Source: a virus | Lineage: Duplodnaviria > Caudoviricetes | Direction: 5' to 3' (one strand) | DNA: 44,769 nucleotides | IMG/VR virus record: IMGVR_UViG_3300032224_000682 | Span: 1-44,769 of that record | Part shown: piece by piece, positions 35,927 to 43,977 of the stretch | How positions within the stretch are numbered: the stretch's first letter is position 1 | Layout of the letters: each line of letters starts with the position of its first letter | Position numbers and translations under genes: made by a program | Notes under the pieces: model-generated | What the model saw: only the letters and a program-made list of their open reading frames with translations | Databases searched by the model: none | Told to the model about the DNA's origin: nothing

Positions 35927-36565
35927 ATGATTGTAATGCCATCAAACAATAGCGGCATCCAAGTTGGATACATGGCAGGTAAATATCAAGGCAGGATTGG
36001 TTGGTTGTTGTCTCCAGATGGATGGATTAAGCCGCCTTCTTGGATGCCATATGCCATAGACAATGGAGCGTATCCAGCTTGGGCAAACAACGTGCCGTGG
36101 AATGAAGATAAATTCTTAAATCATTTAGAAAAAACAAAAACAGCACCAAAAAAACCATTGTGGGTTGTTGTTCCAGATGTTGTAACTGATAAAGAAGCTA
36201 CTATTGCTAAATGGATTCCTTGGGCTAGACAAATTCGTGAAATATTATTTAATGTTCCTCTTGCTTTTGCGGTGCAGGATGGAATGACAAAGTCAGATGT
36301 TCCATCAGATGCAGAAGTTATATTTGTTGGAGGATCAACAGAATGGAAATGGAAGAACCTTTACGAATGGACTTCAAACTTTAAGCGAGTTCACGTTGGC
36401 AGGGTTAACTCTGAAAGACTTCTTTGGATGGCACACGAAGCTGGAGCAGAATCTTGTGACGGCACAGGATGGGTTCGTGGAGGAGAAGAACGATTAGAGG
36501 AACTACACAGGTATCTTCAACAATCGACAGGTGGAGATAATAGACCGCAATTACAATTTTTATGA
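35927..36565 (+). CDS. TGT-fold DpdA-like 7-deazaguanine DNA transglycosylase
   Basis: Collinear TGT/DpdA-like motifs DNGAY, VPDVV, VQDG, FVGG, VHVG, SCDGTGW; adjacent to QueF-like and QueD genes. Confidence 0.7.
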   Translation: MIVMPSNNSGIQVGYMAGKYQGRIGWLLSPDGWIKPPSWMPYAIDNGAYPAWANNVPWNEDKFLNHLEKTKTAPKKPLWVVVPDVVTDKEATIAKWIPWARQIREILFNVPLAFAVQDGMTKSDVPSDAEVIFVGGSTEWKWKNLYEWTSNFKRVHVGRVNSERLLWMAHEAGAESCDGTGWVRGGEERLEELHRYLQQSTGGDNRPQLQFL

Positions 36566-36804
36566 ACATATACGAAATTACGCATCGGGCAGAATGCCCA
36601 AATGGAAAATTGATTGATACATACAAAATCAAGATAACAAGTCACAATACAATTATCGTTGAGGAACTAATAAATATATTGGAAAATTCTCCAAAACAAA
36701 TCTATCAAGAAGACCTAGCAGATTATCTTCGCGCAAAACTTGGGGCAATGGTAGAGATTGTCGGCTGGCATTACGGAATAAAAATAATCTGCATCAGGGA
36801 ATGA
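36562..36804 (+). CDS. QueF-like (QueF-L) T-fold protein
   Basis: CPNGKLIDTY..IIVEEL..IYQEDLA..GWHYGIKI parallels the QueF-L CP..D..IEE..HEELA pattern. Confidence 0.6.
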   Translation: MNIYEITHRAECPNGKLIDTYKIKITSHNTIIVEELINILENSPKQIYQEDLADYLRAKLGAMVEIVGWHYGIKIICIRE

Positions 36805-37148
36805 AAACCACAATATTCAAAGAGTTTAAATTTAGTGCAGCACACAATCTAACAGTGGATGGTCATACATGCTCAAAACTGCATGGACATAATTACAAAG
36901 TAAGAATAGAATTGTCTGGTAAAATGGATGCAAGTGGAATGATTTTAGATTTCTCAGAAATCAAAAAAAGAATACAGCCGATAATAGATAAATTAGACCA
37001 CTCGTATTTGAACGAAATTATCATACTGCCAACTACATCCGAGAATATTGCTTCATGGATTTTTACTCAATCAAACAATCAGTTAGGATGTGTTGCAAAG
37101 GTAACGCTATGGGAAACTGAATCATGTGGAGCAATAGTAACATTTTGA
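36801..37148 (+). CDS. queD: 6-carboxytetrahydropterin synthase
   Basis: FSAAH, CSKLHGHNY, LDHSYLN, TSENIA, LWET. Confidence 0.9.
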   Translation: MKTTIFKEFKFSAAHNLTVDGHTCSKLHGHNYKVRIELSGKMDASGMILDFSEIKKRIQPIIDKLDHSYLNEIIILPTTSENIASWIFTQSNNQLGCVAKVTLWETESCGAIVTF

Positions 37149-37165
37149 GATGCAATAACGTGGCA

Positions 37166-37239
37166 ATGTGGCGGGTTATACCTTGGCGGGTCGAATCTGG
37201 TCAACAAGTAGCCATCTCCGTAACCACATAAAACGGAGG
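37166..37239. ncRNA. Candidate pseudoknotted RNA
   Basis: ATGTGG/CCACAT crosses CTCCGT/ACGGAG, with an intervening hairpin 37174-37213. Confidence 0.35.
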
Positions 37240-37263
37240 CTCTCAATTATTGTTAAACAATAC

Positions 37264-37296
37264 TTGAACACTACACATGGTTAGTGTAGTGTTCAA
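37264..37296 (+). promoter_or_regulatory. Promoter within a perfect 13-bp inverted repeat (operator candidate)
   Basis: TTGAACACTACAC-7 nt-GTGTAGTGTTCAA; TTGAAC-17-TAGTGT. Confidence 0.6.
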
Positions 37297-37299
37297 TCT

Positions 37300-37430
37300 G
37301 CTGTAGCAATACAGCCATTCGCGTGAGAACGAATGCAACGCAAGATTAAATTGAAACTATATATATCGACTACCTCTCGTAGAGTATTCTCACCCGTCAT
37401 TTCAACGGTCTTGCGCTACGAGGGGAGTCG
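37300..37430 (+). ncRNA. Candidate multi-pseudoknot leader of the replication gene
   Basis: GNRA hairpin, second hairpin, long third stem, plus long-range pairs GTGAGAA/TTCTCAC, CGCAAGA/TCTTGCG, TTGAAA/TTTCAA. Confidence 0.55.
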
Positions 37431-37442
37431 GCCCCATTTATT

Positions 37443-38258
37443 ATGAACGAATCAAAAAAGGAATTTAGAGGCGTGTGGATTCGCGCAAGCCTATGGAAAA
37501 GACAAGACCTAACATGGTTTGAGAAGTGCCTTATTGCTGAGATCGATTGCTTTGCTGGAAACTGTTTTGCAAGTAACGCATATCTTGCTGAGATGATGGG
37601 AACAACTGAGTCTCGTTTAGCGAATGCTCTGAGCAAATTGAGGGGTATGGGATTGATTATTGATGGAAGTTTTAACGGAAGAGTTAGACAGATTATGGTA
37701 TCAAATGAAGTATCATCAGACCCAATAGCAGGGTTCACGCCAGAGTTAAAGCAGGGTTCACCTATATGTGAAGGCAGGATTAACACCAGTGTGAACATAG
37801 ATACTACTATAGAACAAAGGATAGAACATACTCCTTCGGAGTTTGAAAAATTCTATTCTGCATACCCTCGTAAAATCTCAAAACCTAATGCTGAGAAGGC
37901 GTGGAAGAAACAGAAGTGTGTCTTATCAGAAGTCATGCCAGCACTTCAGAAACAAATGAAGCTATGGAACGATCCTCAGTTCATTCCACATCCTGCCACA
38001 TGGTTGAACGGAAGACGTTGGGAAGATGATCTAACTACTAAATCAATACCACCACAGCAGAGCGCATACAAAAACAATTCTAACGCAAACCTCGCGCAAA
38101 AGAAGCGCAACTGGTATGACATATGTGAAGAGCGTGGAGAACGCGAAACATTCAAAACATGGGTTGCAGAAAACAGACCGGAGGAATGGTGTGATTATCT
38201 TCCATCAATGGATGTCCGGTGGTGGGTGGAATTTTGTGATAGATCAATTGAGTTTTAG
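37443..38258 (+). CDS. Phage replication initiator protein
   Basis: N-terminal wHTH (CFASNAYLAEM), FEKFYSAYPRK..AEKAW, FIPHPATWLNGRRWED. Confidence 0.8.
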   Translation: MNESKKEFRGVWIRASLWKRQDLTWFEKCLIAEIDCFAGNCFASNAYLAEMMGTTESRLANALSKLRGMGLIIDGSFNGRVRQIMVSNEVSSDPIAGFTPELKQGSPICEGRINTSVNIDTTIEQRIEHTPSEFEKFYSAYPRKISKPNAEKAWKKQKCVLSEVMPALQKQMKLWNDPQFIPHPATWLNGRRWEDDLTTKSIPPQQSAYKNNSNANLAQKKRNWYDICEERGERETFKTWVAENRPEEWCDYLPSMDVRWWVEFCDRSIEF

Positions 38259-38280
38259 TAGATACAATCAAATCGAACAC

Positions 38281-38388
38281 ATGAAACGAATCAAGCTTCT
38301 CTGGCTTTACATCAAGCGCGAATACTACATCGCGCAGCTGGTGTGGAACGAAATCAAGATTGCAATCATCAAGTCACTCTCAAAATGA
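38281..38388 (+). CDS. Small hypothetical protein (35 aa)
   Basis: MKRIKLLWLY..., ACAC-rich sequence upstream. Confidence 0.4.
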   Translation: MKRIKLLWLYIKREYYIAQLVWNEIKIAIIKSLSK

Positions 38389-38507
38389 AAGAGTTCATTT
38401 TAATGACAGCAATTGCCATGCTGTTTATTTTCACAATTTCCGTTTGGAAGCGGGCAACCCAATCGGACTTCACAATCTGCCCACTCTGCAATCAACACAC
38501 ACAATAA
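38385..38507 (+). CDS. Small membrane protein with CPLC (40 aa)
   Basis: MKEFILMTAIAMLFIFTISVW...ICPLCNQ; ATGA overlap. Confidence 0.45.
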   Translation: MKEFILMTAIAMLFIFTISVWKRATQSDFTICPLCNQHTQ

Positions 38508-38514
38508 ACACACA

Positions 38515-39279
38515 ATGAAAGAATCAGGACACTATTACGATCTCACAGGCAAAGCAGTCTTTGAGGTTCCAAACAAATCAAAAGGTGGAATGCGCCCAAC
38601 GACACTCAAGGATTGTCGAACATTGGGCTTGCTCCCATCGGTTACTACCATATTCAAGTGCCTCGCAGCACCGGAACTTGACCGCTGGAAACAACAACAG
38701 GTTCTCATGGCAAGCCTCACGCTGCCTCGCAATCCAGATGAGACAGATGAAGCTTATTGCTCGCGCATCATGGAGGACGCATTCAAGCAGGTTGAGGATG
38801 CAGCTGATCTTGGAACAAGTATCCACAAGGCGCTTGAGAATCACTTCCAAGGACTACCATACGACCCAATCATGGAAGACTATGTTTCTCCAGTGAAGAA
38901 GTGGGTTGATGCAAACCGAATCAAGTTCCTTCAACATGAACTTCGCTTAGTTAACCCAGATGTTGGTTATGCTGGAACAACAGATGCACTCATTGAGAAA
39001 GATGGTGTGCTGTATGTGCTGGACTACAAGAGCCGAAAAACTAAACCGGAATATGAAGTCAAGCCATGGAGTAAGGAACCCATGCAGATTGCAGCTTATG
39101 CTCACGTTGCAAAGGCTACCCGTGGAGTGAATCTTTACATCTCAACAACAGAGCCTGGGCGTATTGGTGAAGCGTGGTATGATGAGAATACGCTAACAGA
39201 AAATTACAATGCGTTTACACATGTCTGCAAGTATTGGCAGTTTGCTAACAACTATGTTCCTCCGAGCGGATCATTCTGA
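38515..39279 (+). CDS. PD-(D/E)XK exonuclease (RecB/Cas4-like fold)
   Basis: PSVTT, GTSIH, YAGTTD, LDYKS, QIAAY; ATG 38515. Confidence 0.85.
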   Translation: MKESGHYYDLTGKAVFEVPNKSKGGMRPTTLKDCRTLGLLPSVTTIFKCLAAPELDRWKQQQVLMASLTLPRNPDETDEAYCSRIMEDAFKQVEDAADLGTSIHKALENHFQGLPYDPIMEDYVSPVKKWVDANRIKFLQHELRLVNPDVGYAGTTDALIEKDGVLYVLDYKSRKTKPEYEVKPWSKEPMQIAAYAHVAKATRGVNLYISTTEPGRIGEAWYDENTLTENYNAFTHVCKYWQFANNYVPPSGSF

Positions 39280-39299
39280 AAAAAATAAAAAACTTTTTA

Positions 39300-39327
39300 T
39301 TGACCATAGATAAAAACCAAGTAGAAT
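39300..39327 (+). promoter_or_regulatory. Sigma70-like promoter giving a near-leaderless transcript
   Basis: TTGACC-16-TAGAAT-9-ATG(39337). Confidence 0.6.
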
Positions 39328-39336
39328 AAAAACCGC

Positions 39337-40059
39337 ATGAACACACAATCAGATAACATTGCAGACCTCGCGGCTTCGCTTGCCAAAGCGCAGTCGGAAA
39401 TGGGAGCGGTTCACAAGGATCAAGACAATCCTTACTTCCGCTCAAAATTTGCTGGACTCTCAACAGTATGGGAAGCAGTAAAGCCAGCACTCACAAAGAA
39501 CGGACTTAGCATCGTGCAGATGCCAGGTTCTGATGAGCGTGGATACTTTGTCCAAACACAGTTGTTACATAGCAGTGGACAATGGATTCGCAGCACAACT
39601 TACATGAAGCCCGCCAAAGAAGACCCGCAGGGAATTGGCAGTTTAATTTCATACGCTCGTCGATATGCTTTGCAGGCAATGGTAATGGCATGCCCTGACG
39701 ACGATGATGGCGAAGCCGCAATGGGTCGCACCGCTCCACAAAAGCCAGCGGAAGCGTCTAAACCAGCGCAGAAGGCAGAGACACCCAAGGCAAAGGCAGT
39801 CAAACCTACAGAACCAACAGTGGAGTCTGTAGATAAGCCAAAGTTCAATGGTGAATCTCATCAGCAACTCTTTCAGAAGTTGATGGCAGAAGGAATCACG
39901 CAAGATGATTTCATGTCCTCGCTTCGACACGCTGGAACCATTCCAGAGAATGCAAAAGATTTCTTCTTGATGAAGGAAGCAACCGCTCAAAAATTCTTGG
40001 GCGAATTAACAACAACAATCGGTGTAGTCCGTGAATGGATCGCACTCTACAAAAAATAA
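39337..40059 (+). CDS. erf: ERF-family single-strand annealing protein
   Basis: NPYFRSKFA, HSSGQW, QGIGSLISYARRYAL, DDDG. Confidence 0.9.
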   Translation: MNTQSDNIADLAASLAKAQSEMGAVHKDQDNPYFRSKFAGLSTVWEAVKPALTKNGLSIVQMPGSDERGYFVQTQLLHSSGQWIRSTTYMKPAKEDPQGIGSLISYARRYALQAMVMACPDDDDGEAAMGRTAPQKPAEASKPAQKAETPKAKAVKPTEPTVESVDKPKFNGESHQQLFQKLMAEGITQDDFMSSLRHAGTIPENAKDFFLMKEATAQKFLGELTTTIGVVREWIALYKK

Positions 40060-40068
40060 TACAACAAT

Positions 40069-40296
40069 ATGTCACAGCAATTTGACAACACAAACTCCGG
40101 CGTTCTCTTCACTAACACAAAGAAGAACGAGAAACATCCTGACTTCAAGGGTCAACTTAATGTTGAGGGAAAAGAGTGGGAGATCGCGGCATGGAATCGC
40201 ACCAGCAAAGCTGGAAAACAGTTCCTTTCGCTGAAGATTTCGGTTCCTTATGTTAAGGACACATCGAAAGACACTGATCTGAATCAGGATTTCTAA
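40069..40296 (+). CDS. Small putative ssDNA-binding protein (DUF736-like)
   Basis: KHPDFKG..IAAW..GKQFLSL, acidic tail ending in F. Confidence 0.65.
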   Translation: MSQQFDNTNSGVLFTNTKKNEKHPDFKGQLNVEGKEWEIAAWNRTSKAGKQFLSLKISVPYVKDTSKDTDLNQDF

Positions 40297-40313
40297 TTTG
40301 GTATGCATGGCGC

Positions 40314-40347
40314 GGGGAGGCAGGGTTTGGTGGTTACCTGCCTCCCC
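40314..40347 (+). terminator. GC-rich hairpin
   Basis: GGGGAGGCAGG / CCTGCCTCCCC 11-bp stem, weak U tail. Confidence 0.5.
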
Positions 40348-40361
40348 CAAACCTTTAAAAA

Positions 40362-40508
40362 ATGAAAAAGTATCCAGTTTTAGGTGTTATCCTTCCTGAC
40401 AAAGTTAAAAAGGAACTCAAAAAACAATCTGCTAAGAATGGCAGATCAATGTCAACTGAGGCTGCAAGAATCATTGCTAAAGAACTTGGCATGGAATCTG
40501 CTGAATAA
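40362..40508 (+). CDS. Arc-like ribbon-helix-helix DNA-binding protein (absent from ORF track)
   Basis: MKKYPVLGVILPDKVKKELKKQSAKNGRSMSTEAARIIAKELGMESAE matches the Arc NGRS..E signature. Confidence 0.75.
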   Translation: MKKYPVLGVILPDKVKKELKKQSAKNGRSMSTEAARIIAKELGMESAE

Positions 40509-40516
40509 TTAGTTGC

Positions 40517-41596
40517 ATGAACACACTAAAGGGTCAGTTCCAAACCCCAAAAGGAACAATCACACGCCAGCAATTGGCAGAAACATTGGCTGGAAAGTAT
40601 AAAACAGACATCAAAACATCACTAAAGCTCATCTCAATCTGTGAGCGAGAGCTTGAGCTTGAGGAAGATGCGCCAAATAATCACTTTGCATTGCTGGAAG
40701 AAGCCTGTGCCATCATCCAGTTTGATCGAGGTGAGATTGATGCGAAAGAATTGAAGATGACTATTGTTAAACAAGAATTAGAAGAGGGAACTGAGGAGTC
40801 AATCCTTGAAGCCGCACTCAATACACGCTTGGACAATGGCTATAGCAAACTCTCAGAACGCTATGATTTTGGTGAGTTTATGACGCAGTTCAAGCCAAAG
40901 GAAGGCATCATTCCCACACCGGAAGATTATGCTGCTGCCATTGGCATGGGTGTTGATATGTCATCCAAAGGAATGTGGCTTGCAGGAGATGGTATCCGTT
41001 ATCTGTATGCTACTGGACACGAGAATGTTCTGACTCAAATTGCATCGAGTCTCAAAATGTCGTATAGCCATGTAAGCAACTGGCATCGTGCAGCTGCAAG
41101 GATTCCAGCACACCTTCGTAATGAGATTAGCCCAACTGTTGCCGTTGAAATTGCTACCGCAAAGTTCTCAGACGATGAGCAGGAGAACAACCGCAAGATG
41201 TTGCAACTCGTTGATCAAGCGAGGAAAGAGAAGTGGTCTTGCCAAGAGGCTCGTTCTCATGTTCGTGCAGAGAAGGGTGGATCAATGGAGAAGCCAGTCA
41301 AGCTATCGTGGGTTCAAGAGTTTGGTGGAAACGAAGACCTTCTTGTTATTGCTTGCCAATGGTCAATCGGTGGTGGCGCTGGTGAACTTGATCAGTTTCA
41401 TTTCATTGTTAAACTGGCGAAAATTTTCCATCGTCTGTCTGAAAATGCACAGGGATCAATTCGTCTGATCGTCAATGACCGCATTAAAGAACACGCATCG
41501 CTTGAAGAAAGCGGCAAGGAAGGATTGTTTGATGAAGATACGATTCAAGATTTGCTGAAGATTTCAATGAATACATTTGGAGATGGCGCGAAATGA
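40517..41596 (+). CDS. Hypothetical DNA-binding protein (LmbU-like HTH segment)
   Basis: WLAGD..QIASSLKMSYSHVSNWHRAAARIP..R. Confidence 0.5.
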   Translation: MNTLKGQFQTPKGTITRQQLAETLAGKYKTDIKTSLKLISICERELELEEDAPNNHFALLEEACAIIQFDRGEIDAKELKMTIVKQELEEGTEESILEAALNTRLDNGYSKLSERYDFGEFMTQFKPKEGIIPTPEDYAAAIGMGVDMSSKGMWLAGDGIRYLYATGHENVLTQIASSLKMSYSHVSNWHRAAARIPAHLRNEISPTVAVEIATAKFSDDEQENNRKMLQLVDQARKEKWSCQEARSHVRAEKGGSMEKPVKLSWVQEFGGNEDLLVIACQWSIGGGAGELDQFHFIVKLAKIFHRLSENAQGSIRLIVNDRIKEHASLEESGKEGLFDEDTIQDLLKISMNTFGDGAK

Positions 41597-41778
41597 GCGG
41601 AGAACTTCCATTTATCGGTGGTTTTTTCGTAGGATGCGCTCTTACTGCACTTTTAATGCTAATATTTACAATTGACCCACTTGAAAAAGAAGCAATTAAG
41701 AGAGGATACGCAGAAATGAAACTTAAAACACCATACGACACAGAAGCGGTATTTACTTGGAAGGAGGGCGCGAAATGA
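41593..41778 (+). CDS. Small membrane protein
   Basis: N-terminal TM; ATGA-coupled. Confidence 0.55.
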   Translation: MSGELPFIGGFFVGCALTALLMLIFTIDPLEKEAIKRGYAEMKLKTPYDTEAVFTWKEGAK

Positions 41779-42056
41779 GTGACACACCAGAGACGGATGC
41801 GGCAACGCATGACGTGAGTGATTATGGCCCACCTGTGCCTTGTTCTTGGGGAGATTGGGTAGCCGCTGATTACGCTCGCAAGCTGGAGCGCGAGCGCGAC
41901 GAGGCGCGGGAGGCTGCTGATAACCTAGTTGAGTATGCTCGCCAATCCCTTGTGGAACTAGAAAAATGGGGAAAAGGTTATGGTCGCTACGAACGAGAGA
42001 TGAATCAAATCCGAGTGGACATTGCGCGAGTGAACTGGCGGGAGGGCGCGAAATGA
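41775..42056 (+). CDS. Hypothetical protein (MSDTPETD... type)
   Basis: ARKLERERDEAR coiled coil; GC-richer than neighbours. Confidence 0.6.
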   Translation: MSDTPETDAATHDVSDYGPPVPCSWGDWVAADYARKLERERDEAREAADNLVEYARQSLVELEKWGKGYGRYEREMNQIRVDIARVNWREGAK

Positions 42057-42295
42057 ATGAGTATCCAAGGTGCGAACAGTTAGGCATTGTCATCATTCAA
42101 GAGCCAGTAGCGCATATTAAGCGATCTAATTTGCATGAGTGTTTGCTCAAAGATGGGATTGATCTAGAAGAATACTCTGAACTATACGGAATCCAGACGC
42201 AGTATGTAGAAGGACCATATCCTTGGGATGTTGAAGCAGTGCTTGAACGTATGATGTCAGGCAAGCTCACCGGAACGCAGTTTATAATGGATTAA
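42053..42295 (+). CDS. Hypothetical protein
   Basis: 80 aa MNEYPRC... Confidence 0.55.
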   Translation: MNEYPRCEQLGIVIIQEPVAHIKRSNLHECLLKDGIDLEEYSELYGIQTQYVEGPYPWDVEAVLERMMSGKLTGTQFIMD

Positions 42296-42296
42296 T

Positions 42297-42911
42297 ATGC
42301 ACTACGCGCTAAATGCTCCCGTTCCACAACACATCTACGGATATGTAGAGAAAAAAATCTTGTTTGGACTTGATGATGTTGAAGGCTACGAGCCTTGCGT
42401 AATCATTGGAGTTACGTCAATACCTGGGCGAGCGTTACACTTCTCTATTCTTTGCGAAAGCGGAGCGCAGTGGGCAAGGATTCCGATTCATTGCGTATTC
42501 CACAGGATACCATGCTGCGACGAGAAGCCCTTGTATGAGGTTTTTGACCTTCAAATGTGGGATTGTATGGGTTTGGAGTTTAGTGTTGTTCAATACACGT
42601 ATTTCAGAGAGATGTCCTGCACCTTCAGAAACAGAGAAGGCAAGAATGTTCCGGCTCAGTATTGGTTCACCTTGGATCACACCGATAATGGGTTCAGCCT
42701 ATCCCCAACACAGCACAAATGTTTTCACTTACTGAAATGTAATGATGGGTCAGGTCAAATCGCAGCAATGCCTAATAATCGGATTGTGTGGCATGATCCA
42801 TCGTTCGTTAGGCATGGTGATGTTCCTAAGTATAAGGTGATGGCAGATGTAACCTGGCACTGCGAACAACAAGAACTTGACAATCCGCACGATACGGCAT
42901 TTACTGAATGA
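42297..42911 (+). CDS. Conserved phage hypothetical protein
   Basis: SIPGRAL, LQMWDC, HKCFH, AAMPNNRI. Confidence 0.65.
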   Translation: MHYALNAPVPQHIYGYVEKKILFGLDDVEGYEPCVIIGVTSIPGRALHFSILCESGAQWARIPIHCVFHRIPCCDEKPLYEVFDLQMWDCMGLEFSVVQYTYFREMSCTFRNREGKNVPAQYWFTLDHTDNGFSLSPTQHKCFHLLKCNDGSGQIAAMPNNRIVWHDPSFVRHGDVPKYKVMADVTWHCEQQELDNPHDTAFTE

Positions 42912-42912
42912 T

Positions 42913-43410
42913 ATGGCAAGAGCAAAGGGACAAGACTTAACACCTAAAGAACGAGAGTTCTGCAAGTTTCTTGCAACAGGAGTTCCAGTGTATCGAGCGT
43001 TTTTTCAAGCTGGATACAAGGCAACGAACAACAAGTATGCCAGTATGAAGGGGTCTGCTATCTCTTCCCGCCCTAATTGCGCGAAATATATTTCTGAGTT
43101 GAAGGACGCTAATTGGTTATCGAATGTGATGAGTATTGCTGAGAAGCGTTCACTCATGGCTGAGATCGCTAGAGCTAAACCATCAGACATCACCGAGGAT
43201 TCGCCAGCTTGCTCTATATCGATAGACGGCGAAGGAAACAGGTCAATACAAGGGCCAAAGGTTTCGGACAAGCTGAAGGCAATTGAACTCGATGCCAGGA
43301 TATCCGGTGAGTTATCGCAGGAAAATGATTCAAGGACACAAATTGCAATCCAACTGATCAATGATCGGCTGGAGATTCCATCGCCTGAAGTGAAGGCAAT
43401 CGAAGAGTAA
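42913..43410 (+). CDS. Terminase small subunit-like protein
   Basis: LTPKEREFC..AFFQAGY HTH and DKLKAIEL; start MARAKG. Confidence 0.65.
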   Translation: MARAKGQDLTPKEREFCKFLATGVPVYRAFFQAGYKATNNKYASMKGSAISSRPNCAKYISELKDANWLSNVMSIAEKRSLMAEIARAKPSDITEDSPACSISIDGEGNRSIQGPKVSDKLKAIELDARISGELSQENDSRTQIAIQLINDRLEIPSPEVKAIEE

Positions 43411-43411
43411 C

Positions 43412-43449
43412 AAAAAACCCGCTCCGGTTAAAGAGCGGGTATTTTGTTT
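43412..43449. terminator. Bidirectional intrinsic terminator
   Basis: A run, ACCCGCTC/GAGCGGGT stem, T-rich tail between convergent genes. Confidence 0.8.
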
Positions 43450-43469
43450 AGCTTGTGTTTAGCTTGTGT

Positions 43470-43757
43470 TTATATTCCACTGTAGACCGCAAGGACTCTA
43501 GCGTGAGCTGATGGGCGCGTTGCCTTGCGATATTCCAAGCGTTTTATCTTCTTAGCTTTTAGAGCAGCAATAAATCTTCCTCCCATAGCGTTTGGATGCG
43601 GCGGTTCTGGAATCCATGCGCGAACATCTTCAGCGGTGAACTCAGCTCCGTTACGAGCAAGCCACCCTATAATATAATCGCAGTCATTTCTCCAGTCTTC
43701 TGGAGTGTTGGAATCTACTTTTGAGATACCGTAATCACGTAGTTGTTCTCCAGTCAT
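43470..43757 (-). CDS. Hypothetical protein
   Basis: 95 aa, FTAEDVR..PPHPNAMG..SAHAR. Confidence 0.65.
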   Translation of the reverse strand: MTGEQLRDYGISKVDSNTPEDWRNDCDYIIGWLARNGAEFTAEDVRAWIPEPPHPNAMGGRFIAALKAKKIKRLEYRKATRPSAHARVLAVYSGI

Positions 43758-43764
43758 ATTATTT

Positions 43765-43977
43765 TTAACAAGTTGGTTGGCTTAGTGGCGTGTCGCAGAT
43801 GTGTGTTTGTTTTGCTATGCGCGTGAATGATTCGTCTGCTTTTCTCTTGAACGATAATACCTTGCCACTATTGGAAAGAATACAGCAGTTTTGTGTAATT
43901 TTTTCCATGGCATAAATCTCAGCCATTGCGACATTCTCAAATGTGATGTTTTGTGATGCGGTAGATAGAGTAACCAT
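43765..43977 (-). CDS. Hypothetical protein
   Basis: 70 aa from MVTLST. Confidence 0.45.
   Translation of the reverse strand: MVTLSTASQNITFENVAMAEIYAMEKITQNCCILSNSGKVLSFKRKADESFTRIAKQTHICDTPLSQPTC

Larger units (their letters stand above)
41585..42056 (+). repeat. Gene-junction repeat GGCGCGAAATGA, three copies
   Basis: 41585-41596; the 16-mer GGAGGGCGCGAAATGA at 41763-41778 and 42041-42056. Confidence 0.85.

Noticed and set aside
37160-37240. tRNA gene (GGGTCGAATC resembles a T-loop)
   Set aside because: No cloverleaf, acceptor stem or correctly placed CCA
38515-39279. Cas4 of a CRISPR system
   Set aside because: No Fe-S cysteine cluster, cas genes or array; its context next to ERF indicates a recombination exonuclease
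43445-43472. Short tandem repeat TGTTTAGCTTG (about 2.5 copies)
   Set aside because: Too short to assign a function; likely slippage beside the terminator
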